A stretch of 64,000 nucleotides of DNA from Macrostomum lignano (Eukaryota). Below the pieces are notes generated by a model that ran no database searches, was not told the origin of the DNA, and was given only the letters and a program-made list of their open reading frames with translations. Below are positions 54,010 to 64,000 of this stretch, piece after piece. The translations under genes were made by a program, and so were the position numbers. Position 1 is the stretch's first letter, and each line of letters begins with the position of its first letter. The stretch covers positions 373,350 through 437,349 of the forward strand of contig NIVC01000608.1 in assembly GCA_002269645.1 (NCBI GenBank). Reading direction: 5' to 3'.

Positions 54010-56352
54010 ATGGTCAGAGAAATCTCTAGCGAAGATGAATTTCGCGCCCTACTTGAGTCAGCCGGGGCTAAACCAGTTCTTGTAGACTTCTACGCCAATT
54101 GGTGCGGCCCGTGCAAAGCCATGGCGCCCAAGGTGAACGATCTGGCTAGCCGGAATCCGGATGTAGTCTTCGCCAAAGTGAATGTAGACAAAGTTGAGGC
54201 TGTTTCCTCAGCGTATGGCGTCACATCTTTGCCAACGTTTGCCCTGTTTTTGCGCGGCCAACGCATAGAGTCGTTGGTTGGCGCCGATCCGGACAAGCTC
54301 GAGGCTCTGGTGAAGAAATACGCCAAGTCGGCCGAGAGTGTGGACAAGTTTGGTCACGTGAGACGCAGTTATTAGTGCATTTGGGGGGGGGGTTGGAACT
54401 GGTAATCCTGTGATCAGCTTGGGTATTCACTGTAATCAAAAAGAGCATTCACTGTGATCGGATTGGGTATTCACTGTAATCAAAAAGAGCATTCACTGTG
54501 ATCGGATTGGGTATTCACTGTAATCAAAAAGAGCATTCACTGTGATCGGATTGGGTATTCGCTGTAATCAAAAAGAGCATTCACTGTGATCGGATTGGGT
54601 ATTCACTGTAATCAAAAAGAGTATTCACTGTGATCGGATTGGGTATTCACTGTAATCAAAAAGAGCATTCACTGTGATCGGATTGGGTATTAAACTGTGA
54701 TCGGAATGAGTATTAAACTGTGATTGGAATGAGTATTAAACTGTGATCGGAATGAGTATTAAACTGTGATCGGAATGAGTATTAAACTGTGATCGGAATG
54801 AGTATTAAACTGTGATCGGAATGAGTATTAAACTGTGATCGGAATGAGTATTAAACTGTGATCGGAATGAGTATTAAACTGTGATCAGAATAAGTATTAC
54901 ACTGTGATCGGAATGAGTATTCACAGTGATAAGAATAAGTATATCACAGTGAACGGAATGGATATTCACTGTGATCGGAATGAGCAATCACTGTGATCGG
55001 AATGGGTATTCCCTGTGATCGGATTGGGTATTCCCTGTGATCGGATTGGATAATCACTGTGATTGAATTGGTTATTCACTGTTATCGGATCGAGCATTCA
55101 CTCTGATCGGATTGAGCATTCACTGGAATCGGAATGAGTATTCACTGTGATCGGAATGAGTATATTCACTGTGATCGGAGTTGGTATTATTGATAACTAT
55201 TCGAGAATCGATATCGTACTACCTGGGTTTCGCAATCCCATTAGTGTAATGCATGCCATGCATAAAACTATTTGTATTTCCTGTTCTATTAATCCCCAGA
55301 TGGACATGCTGTCGCTAATCTCCATGGCCGAGACTGAGTGCCTGAACGAGAGCGACGCCCACCCGTTAAAATCAATCATGTCCGCCCCTGGCGCTGGCGA
55401 TTCCTCAGCCTATTTGGAGTCGGACGCTGACGAACAGTTGGTCATCTTTATCACCTTTAGTCAGAGCGTGAAAATTCACTCACTACGCCTGGTGGCGCCG
55501 TACGAGAATGCCCCTAAAACTGTCAAATTGTTCATTAACCAGCCCTCGCCTATTGACTTCTCGGCTGCCGAGTCTGCCGAAGGTGTTCAGGTTAGTGCTG
55601 GTCATTTGTGTGTCTTATTCAGGGCATTCTTTCACTGATTCTTGGATACCTGTTCACCAGGTATACCTGTGCTATGCCTGTTCACCAGGTATGGTTTATT
55701 TAGTAAACTCTTAGTATACCTGTTCACCAGGTATGATTCATTTAGCAAACTCTTTTGTATACCTGTTCACCAGGTATGATTCACTAACTCTTTAGTATAT
55801 CTGTTTACCAGGCTTGATTTATTTAGTAAACTCCTTGGTATGCCTGTTCACCAGGAATGGTTCATTTAGTAAACTCTTCAGTATACCTGTTCACCAGGTA
55901 TGGTTTTCCAGCTAAATTTTTTCTCCAGCTATCATACTACGAGTAGTATACATGTGTTTAGTAATCCCCAACCCCAAGCATACCTGTTCCTCCAGTATCA
56001 TCAATTCAGTAATTCCCTGGTATACCTGTATTCCATCTATCATTTAGCCCTGGGTATCCTTATTCATTAGTCACAATAATCCGGACTGCACTCTTATTTT
56101 ACATGCCTCCTCGCCTTTCCGCAGGCCTTCCAGCTGACTTCAGCGGACGTGCAGCCGGACGCCGAGCCGTTGCAATTAAAATTTGTCAAATTCCAAAACG
56201 TTCGCACCCTGACCGTGTTTGTCCAGGATAATCAGGCCGACTCCGAGGTCACCAGATTAAGCCGTTTAATTCCTATCGGCTGTCCGGTGGCCACCACCAA
56301 CATGACCGATTTCAAGCGGGTGGCCGGCAAAGCTGGCGAAGGTCACGAATGA
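54010..56352 (+). CDS. TXNL1: Thioredoxin-like protein 1 (Trx plus PITH domain)
   Basis: Exons 54010-54357, 55300-55590, 56125-56352; all phase 0; 288 aa. WCGPC; ECLNESDAH, LESDADEQL, VKFQNV, TNMTDFKRVAGKAGEGH. Confidence 0.97.
54410..55185. repeat. Composite 44-bp / 23-bp / about 22-bp minisatellite, TXNL1 intron 1
   Basis: gggtattcactgtaatcaaaaagagcattcactgtgatcggatt, then gagtattaaactgtgatcggaat, then diverged monomers. Confidence 0.95.
55645..55905. repeat. Diverged approximately 45-bp repeat with hairpin core, TXNL1 intron 2
   Basis: Core atacctg-ttcac-caggtat, about 7 copies, separated by related linkers. Confidence 0.85.
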
Positions 56353-56479
56353 ACTTTATTAACCGGCCGAGTTTGACTTTAGCATTGATGAAAGTTAATT
56401 TGGCTAATTATCTATGTAGCGGTTAAGTTGTTTTGCTAAAGCTAACCTTTGATTGTGTAGGGGCTCTCTTGCACGAGTT

Positions 56480-57270
56480 AGCTTCTCAGATCCCTCGGAT
56501 TGGGGTGCTCAGATGCCTCAGACCTGGGGTGCTCAGATGCCTCATATTGGGGTGCTCAGATTCCTTAGACCTGGGGTGCTCAGATGCCTCATATTGGGGT
56601 GCTCAGATTCCTTAGACCTGGGGTGCTCAGATCCCTCAGACCTGGGGTGCTCAGATCCCTCAGATCTGGTGTGCTCAGATCCCTCAGATTGGGGTGCTCA
56701 GATCCCTCAGACCTGGAGTGCTCAGATCCCTCAGATTGGGGTGCTCAGATCCCTCAGACCTGGAGTGCTCAGATCCCTCAGATCTGGTGTGCTCAGATCC
56801 CTCAGATCTGGAGTGCTCAGATCCCTCAGATCTGGTGTGCTCAGATCCCTCAGATCTGGAGTGCTCAGATCCCTCAGATTGGGGTGCTCAGATCCCTCAG
56901 ATTGGGGTGCTCAGATCCCTCAGACCTGGAGTGCTCAGATCCCTCAGATCTGGAGTGCTCAGATCCCTCAGATTGGGGTGCTCAGATTCCTCAGATTGGG
57001 GTGCTCAGATCCCTCAGATCTGGAGTGCTCAGATCCCTCAGATTGGGGTGCTCAGATCCCTCAGATCTGGAGTGCTCAGATCCCTCAGATTGGGGTGCTC
57101 AGATCCCTCAGATTGGGGTGCTCAGATTCCTCAGATTGGGGTGCTCAGATCCCTCAGATTGGGGTGCTCAGATCCCTCATATTGGGGTGCTCAGATCCCT
57201 CAGATTGGGGTGCTCAGATCCCTCAGATTGGGGTGCTCAGATCCCTCAGATTGGGGTGCTCAGATCCCTC
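56480..57270. repeat. 23/25-bp minisatellite downstream of TXNL1
   Basis: Units tgctcagatccctcagattgggg and tgctcagatccctcagatctggag; about 33 copies. Confidence 0.97.
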
Positions 57271-59254
57271 AACTCAACTCGAATAATTTACAAACAATTG
57301 TACCGTAGTAGGCATAGTTAACTGGTAAATTTGCTGTTGGCTTGTTTCCAACTTATCTATATACAGAGACTCCATTAAGAAGATAAATAACAGTTGCTAG
57401 GTGTGTCGCCAATTCCTCAGCCTTGTATCTCTGGTGTAGTTTTACTCTGTGAGTAATTCTTCTACATTGTAATGAATGGAAGAAATGTTAAATCCTTAAT
57501 CCCGACTCATCACGCAATTATTTGGGGTGACAATAAATATGCGCATTATTCTACTGCTCAACGCCTATCAGTAGGGTCTTCTGTGCATTAACGATATTCT
57601 CAGTGGATAAATTAATGCAACTACGGTGGCCATCCTTTTTTATTTCTTACGTCTCAATTACCTGTTCTGCTCCCTGTTAAACCTGTTTGCATATTCCCTG
57701 GCCCCGGGTTCGAAGATCAGTGGGTTTGTACAAGTAGTATATATTAATATTAATAGCTAAATAAATACACATAACGATAACAGAACACGTCGTAACAGTT
57801 TCAAAACTGTGCCATAACTTTATTTTCTAAAACTCGGCTTGTAATCTATAATAAAACTGATTAATATTTTTATATTGTTTTCACTTTTCATATACAATTC
57901 GTGTAATGCTTAGAAGCGAAAGTTAAACATATTTACATGTAGTAAAACCGAAGTTTTTTTAATATCACAGTAGTTTCCTAGAAAATCCTTTAGGTCTTTT
58001 AAATTTCCACGCTTTCTATTTCTTAGAAAATCGCAGATACTAAAACGTAGTTTCTTAGAAAATTGCATACATCTTAAATCCTTCGATTTTTTACTTTTTT
58101 GCAAATTTTTGTATTTAGCATAGATACCTAAAATAACTAGATGGGCCACTTAGGCTTATATACTTAGTAAAGCAGCTTTCTACTTTCAGTTCAGTAGCAA
58201 AGAAGAATGCATTAGCTATTTTATAAAACTACGAGATATAAGAAAGGCAGCTGAAATGACTTTGATAAGTTTAGAAGCCCAATTTTGCAGGCGTTAAACA
58301 GCTTGTTAATTGGTCCAGCAATAATGTACATTAGCCAGTCCACTGAATGTACATGGCCGCTTTAGGCTGGAATTCCGAGAAAGGCGGGGCGTGGTTGGAT
58401 GGTTTAAGGTTTAAGCTGGGGTAGGAGCCAATTACTCGTAATGATCCTTGGCTTTAAAAATACATTAAAATGCTTCAGATTAACTTACTACTGAACTGAA
58501 AGTAGCTTGCACGCAAATGTTCTGAATGGCCCATCTAGTTATTCTAGCTGGTGGCTCCGGATGCCTAGCAATGACCTTGAAATGAACGTTGACAGGGATT
58601 CAAGCTGAGACACCCGCGAACGCACTCAAACTCAGCTTAATTTCAATAGAATCAGACACGTTTCCCAGAAAATATTCTAAATATAAGGGGCTGATAAACA
58701 ACAAACTAGAAACGCTTTTAGATTGAAAGTCAATGCAAAGATTTGGCAGCAGAGGCCACCCAAGCTCTAGGGACAAGTTCGGGACTCGGCTGTGAGCAAC
58801 GTCTTGGCGGGTAAGAGAGGGAAAATTAATAAAATAGCGGCCCAGAATCTTCGATCCTTCATCAAAGCCGCCTCTCCCCAAGCGAACGGAGCCGAAAGAG
58901 GCGGCGGCTGGCTAATTAATCATCGATTTCTGACGTCTCGCGTATGGAGGAAACTCAATAGGGGGGTGGGGGCTCAAAACAAAGGGCATCCAGTGCGGAG
59001 GGAGCCTCGCTGAATATGCTTAGCTGTCTATCTGACCGACACACGAGTCCGGCCTAGCTTTTATTTAACGAGAGGAAGCTCAGTAGAGGATCGCGAATCT
59101 GGGGACTCGAGCTCTGCCATGAAATTAGGCGTCAAATTTCCCGGCTTTGATTTCCTGATATTAAAAGCAAGTATTAAGCCAGCAGCATTTTATTTATCTC
59201 GCGGCTGCAGGGCTTCGGGCACTGTTGTAGTTCAAGGCGGCAGTAGGCCCGTTT

Positions 59255-60355
59255 TATTTGAGTATAGGGCCATTTCATTTGAGTGTAGGGCCATTTCATT
59301 TGAGTATAGGGCCATTTCATTTGAGTATAGGGCCATTTCATTTTGAGTATAGGGCCATTTCATTTGAGTGTAGGGCCATTTCATTTGAGTGTAGGGCCAT
59401 TTCATTTGAGTGTAGGGCCATTTCATTTGAGTATAGGGCCATTTCATTTGAGTGTAGGGCCATTTCATTTGAGTGTAGGGCCATTTCATTTGAGTATAGG
59501 GCCATTTCATTTGAGTGTAGGGCCATTTCATTTGAGTGTAGGGCCATTTCATTTGAGTGTAGGGCCATTTCATTTGAGTGTAGGGCCATTTCATTTGAGT
59601 ATAGGGCCATTTCATTTGAGTGTAGGGCCATTTCATTTGAGTATAAGGCCATTTCATTTGAGTATAGGACCATTTCATTTGAGTATAGGGCCATTTTATT
59701 TGAGCATAGGGCCATTTCATTTGAGTGTAGGGCCATTTCATTTGAGTGTAGGGCCATTTCATTTGAGTGTAGGGCCATTTCATTTGAGTGTAGGGCCATT
59801 TCATTTGAGTGTAGGGCCATTTCATTTGAGTATAGGGCCATTTCATTTGAGTATAGGGCCATTTCATTTGAGTGTAGGGCCATTTCATTTGAGTGTAGGG
59901 CCATTTCATTTGAGTGTAGGGCCATTTCATTTGAGTATAAGGCCATTTCATTTGAGTATAGGACCATTTCATTTGAGTATAGGGCCATTTTATTTGAGCA
60001 TAGGGCCATTTCATTTGAGTGTAGGGCCATTTCATTTGAGTGTAGGGCCATTTCATTTGAGTGTAGGGCCATTTCATTTGAGTGTAGGGCCATTTCATTT
60101 GAGTGTAGGGCCATTTCATTTGAGTATAGGGCCATTTCATTTGAGTATAGGGCCATTTCATTTGAGTGTAGGGCCATTTCATTTGAGTGTAGGGCCATTT
60201 CATTTGAGTGTAGGGCCATTTCATTTGAGTGTAGGGCCATTTCATTTGAGTATAGGGCCATTTCATTTGAGTGTAGGGCCATTTCATTTGAGTGTAGGGC
60301 CATTTCATTTGAGTATAGGGCCATTTCATTTGAGTGTAGGGCCATTTCATTTGAG
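59255..60355. repeat. 21-bp minisatellite, about 52 copies, with 294-bp higher-order duplication
   Basis: Unit gagt(g/a)tagggccatttcattt; a variant block recurs at 59641 and 59935. Confidence 0.98.
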
Positions 60356-60749
60356 GGGCGCCAGAGATTTTTTCCCATATGGCTGCACCTGTATATGACC
60401 GATTTGCTCAACGACACACGAGGCAGATGAGGCACTGAAGCTGCACACTGTTTGCCGGGGTTCTTATCTTATCAGTGTCGCTGCGCCTTTAACAGTATTG
60501 CCTGCGAGCGTCTTAGCTATAATAATAGGCTTCAATGCTGGTGTTTCATGTCTGCATTGTTGATGAAGCTCTATTGACTTGAATATACCTTAGATACAGT
60601 TTGCTATTTATAGTAAATCTGTGTGTGCTTTGCAGATAGATTTTATTACAGGCATATAGAGAAGAAATGCTGTAGCGCTTTTAATACAGAACTTTATGTA
60701 ATTCTGAAGCATCAAAATGACCTTAATGATCTGAAATCTAAATAGCCAT

Positions 60750-61030
60750 ATGACAATCATATGACTCAATCACTTTTTATCATAAACTGTCCTATGACCA
60801 TCGTATGACTCAATCATTTTTTATCATAAACTGTTCTATGACCATCGTATGACTCATTCACTTTTTATCATAAACTGTCCTATGACCATCGTATGACTCA
60901 ATCACTTTTTATCATAAACTGTCCTATGACCATCGTATGACTCAATCACTTTTTATCATAAACTGTCCTATGACCATCGTATGACTCAATCACTTTTCAT
61001 CATAAAATATCCTATGACCATGGTTTGACT
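60750..61030. repeat. 44-bp tandem repeat, about 6 copies
   Basis: Unit atgactcaatcactttttatcataaactgtcctatgaccatcgt. Confidence 0.95.
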
Positions 61031-61258
61031 CAATCACTTTTTTCGTGTACTGTTCATAACTCAAATTACAACAGTACCAACTCTTGGCTATAACGATCTC
61101 ATTATAGTTCACCAAATTCACATAATTATAGGTCTTAAGAGCACCGAATACTCAATTATCTACCGAATGCAATTAGCAAATCCCATCAAAGCCGCGAGTT
61201 TCTTCCGTTATTAACTCTTTGAGCAAAAAATGACTTCCAAATCCTTTTATTTCATCTT

Positions 61259-62495
61259 TTAATTAGTCAAAGAATTGATTGGGCCCTGCGACTCAAATAG
61301 CTGTTCATCAATTTCTAAAATAATTTTTTCACTCAAAGGCGATTTTTGCTGTCGACCTGTCCGAGAACTGGTTTGGACTGTCTGCCTCTAGAAGCAAAGC
61401 AGGCAAATAAAGCAGTTGTTTCTTGCCCCGTGTTTCTATTTTCCCGCCTTGCGTTTCCGCTTCTAGAGGAAATTTTCCCTCACATTTCTGCTGTGTAACA
61501 AATGGCTCGTATATATTACAGGGAGAGGGGGCAGCTGCCCTTCTCTGCTTAACTACAGTCTAGGAGATCCATCTACACTGTAAGTGAGGTCAATGGGGTC
61601 AGCTGCTCCCCCCTCCCCCTTAGTGAAAATGGTGGGGGTCATTTCAATATGGCTTTCAAGTCCCCATTGTAGCATCAAAATGGCGCTAAAGTCCCCCAGT
61701 AGCGTCAAAATCGCGCTAAAGTCTCCCCCTGTAGCATCGAAAGCCTAAAAAACAAAAAGTCAAAGTTTCAATTCGTTTGAGTCCATATCATACTTCTGAA
61801 TCTTTATACAAGAGGCGCTGTTATCATCCGACAAAATAATATTGACAAATTCACTGTGTTGTTTGACATAGCTGGGTTGTCAGCTTAACTCAATTAACAT
61901 CGATCTGAAGAGCCAAAACAGATATGAGTACAGTTTAAATAGAGGGAATTAATACACAGAACCGGGGCATTCTGGACTGTTGGATGACGAGGTTGGCCAA
62001 ATGAAAGCTTATCTGTCATCTGATTTAGCTTAACTGCCATCTGATATAGCTTAACTGCCATCTGATTTAGCTTAACTGCCATCTGATATAGTTTACCTGA
62101 CATCTGATATAGTTTACCTGCCATCTGATATAGCTTAACTGCCAGCATGTATAGCTTAACTGCCATCCGATATAGCTTAACTGCCATCCGATATAGCTTA
62201 ACTGCCAGCATGTATAGCTTAACTGCCATATGATATAGCTTAACTGCCATCTGATATAGTTTACCTGCCATCTGATATAATTTACCTGCCATCTGATATA
62301 GCTTAACTGCCATCTGCTATAGCTTAGCTGCCATCTGGTGTAGCTTAACTGCCATCTTGTATAGCTTAACTGCCATCTTGTATAGCTTAACTGCCATCTT
62401 GTATAGCTTAACTGCCATCTGGTAGCGGTAAACCAACTTACCCAAATGAAACTATTGACTTCCAAATCAAGCAAAATATTCCGAAAAGGGCGATG
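61259..62495 (-). CDS. Possible 3' exons of an unidentified minus-strand gene
   Basis: 54-nt exon candidate 62495-62442 (tttcttttttAG..GTaagt); terminal exon candidate 61387-61259 (tttgcttctAG, open 43 codons, AATAAA at 61246-61251). Joining frame and homology unresolved. Confidence 0.3.
62015..62425. repeat. 21-bp minisatellite, about 19 copies
   Basis: Unit ctgatatagcttaactgccat. Confidence 0.96.
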
Positions 62496-62907
62496 CTAAA
62501 AAAGAAACATTCAATCAGTATTCACTGCAACAACAAAGTGGCTTCTTCAAGCAGAAAAAAGTGAGTACCAGTATTTCATTAGCGCTCAGAATCCAAAATT
62601 AGATGCATATTTCAACGTAAAACAAAGGAGAACAATTCAGATTTAGAATCGGGTGCAGTGAAAATTTTTCGATTTAAAAATTTCAACACAAAGCAAAGCT
62701 GAGTGGGCTGGCTTGATGATTTTTTCAGATAATAAAATTAGCTTTGTATTAATCATATTGACAAGCTGGTGTGAGTACATGACTTCAGCCCATGGATTTT
62801 GTCTGTAGATCCCCGTAGCTGCTTTATTCACTAGATATCCATAGAGTACGGATATAAAATACAGATCTCTAGCTCATGATCTGTAACTTCTACGCTCTTA
62901 GACGTGA

Positions 62908-63736
62908 AGTCTATAGATCTGTAGTCTATAGATCTGTAGTCTATAGATCTGTAGTTTATAGATCTGTAGTCTATAGATCTGTAGTCTATAGATCTGTAGT
63001 CTATAGATATGTAGCTTATAGATTTGTAGTCTATAGATCTGTAGTTTATAGATATGTAGCTTATAGATTTGTAGTCTATAGATTTGTAGTCTATAGATCT
63101 GTAGTTTATAGATCTGTAGTCTATAGATCTGTAGTCTATAGATTTGTAGTCTATAGATCTGTAGTTTATAGATCTGTAGTCTATAGATCTGTAGTCTATA
63201 GATATGTAGCTTATAGATTTGTAGTCTATAGATCTGTAGTTTATAGATCTGTAGCTTATAGATCTGTAGTTTATAGATATGTAGCTTATAGATTTGTAGT
63301 CTATAGATCTGTAGTTTATAGATCTGTAGTCTATAGATCTGTAGTTTATAGATCTGTAGCTTATAGATCTGTAGTTTATAGATATGTAGCTTATAGATTT
63401 GTAGTCTATAGATCTGTAGTTTATAGATCTGTAGCTTATAGATCTGTAGTTTATAGATCTGTAGTCTATAGATATGTAGCTTATAGATTTGTAGTCTATA
63501 GATCTGTAGTTTATAGATCTGTAGCTTATAGATCTGTAGTTTATAGATATGTAGCTTATAGATTTGTAGTCTATAGATTTGTAGTCTATAGATCTGTAGT
63601 CTATAGATCTGTAGTTTATAGATCTGTAGTCTATAGATCTGTAGTTTATAGATCTGTAGTCTATAGATATGTAGCTTATAGATTTGTAGTCTATAGATCT
63701 GTAGTCTATAGATCTGTAGTCTACAGATCTGTAGAT
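62908..63736. repeat. 15-bp quasi-palindromic minisatellite, about 55 copies
   Basis: Unit ctatagatctgtagt; the last unit ctacagatctgtag (63721-63734) is a perfect palindrome. Confidence 0.98.
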
Positions 63737-64000
63737 AATTCCTGGGCAGTTTGGGTAGAAAATGATAAACAATCTAAAAGTTGCCCACGACCATGCGCGA
63801 ACGATGCAACACAGACATTTGCACAACAGATTTTTCTAAACAAAAACACAAAGAATTTTCACGGACACAAAGCACACAAAGAATTTTTCACGGACACAAA
63901 GCAATGCGCCTTTGCCAACAACTCATCAAGAAGAATCCATATTCAATCGTATCTGCTCCTTTTTAAGTACAATCGAACTTCAGTTTCATTTGTTTAATCA

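Noticed and set aside
55645-55905. CRISPR-like look (palindromic repeat plus spacers)
   Set aside because: Spacers are homologous to each other, the context is a eukaryotic intron, and no cas genes are present.
56453-57321. 204-277 aa repeat ORFs
   Set aside because: Array translations that cycle between frames with the 23/25-bp units.
59232-60435. 351-390 aa heptad-repeat ORFs (MKWPYTQ etc.)
   Set aside because: Artefact of a 21-bp array; open in several frames on both strands with no unique coding flank.
62831-63997. YRSVV and YRSID repeat ORFs
   Set aside because: Artefact of the 15-bp palindromic array.

Overview
Eukaryotic, intron-containing genomic DNA: GC-rich exons with poly-Ala/Gly/Gln runs, AT-rich spacers, and about 25 unrelated tandem arrays covering roughly a quarter of the window. 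This style suggests a flatworm such as Macrostomum (inference only). Splice-phase-consistent gene models, read by eye: a two-LIM CSRP/MLP gene (+, with a candidate 15-nt microexon), an orphan low-complexity ORF (+), RPL5 (+), a four-gene minus-strand run HINT3 > TMEM170 > TELO2 > ENTPD5/6-like, a compact divergent Ena/VASP-like gene (+) with tRNA-Arg(CCT) inside an intron, tRNA-Arg(ACG), Pins/LGN (GPSM, -), TXNL1 (+), and possible 3' exons of an unidentified gene (-). There are also TE remnants (RTE LINE, hAT/mariner-like ends, tRNA-derived SINE heads, a nested foldback). The most interesting items are: the candidate operon, whose downstream cistrons each have a CAG acceptor in frame with the CDS and whose TMEM170-TELO2 spacer lacks a polyA signal; introns that each carry a private minisatellite, often stopping about 35 nt from the 3' splice site; a coding minisatellite in TELO2; and Pins changes (a Ser-to-Glu candidate at the Dlg-binding phosphosite, decayed last GoLoco). 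No CRISPR, rRNA or prokaryotic system is supported. Repeat boundaries and copy numbers are hand estimates.
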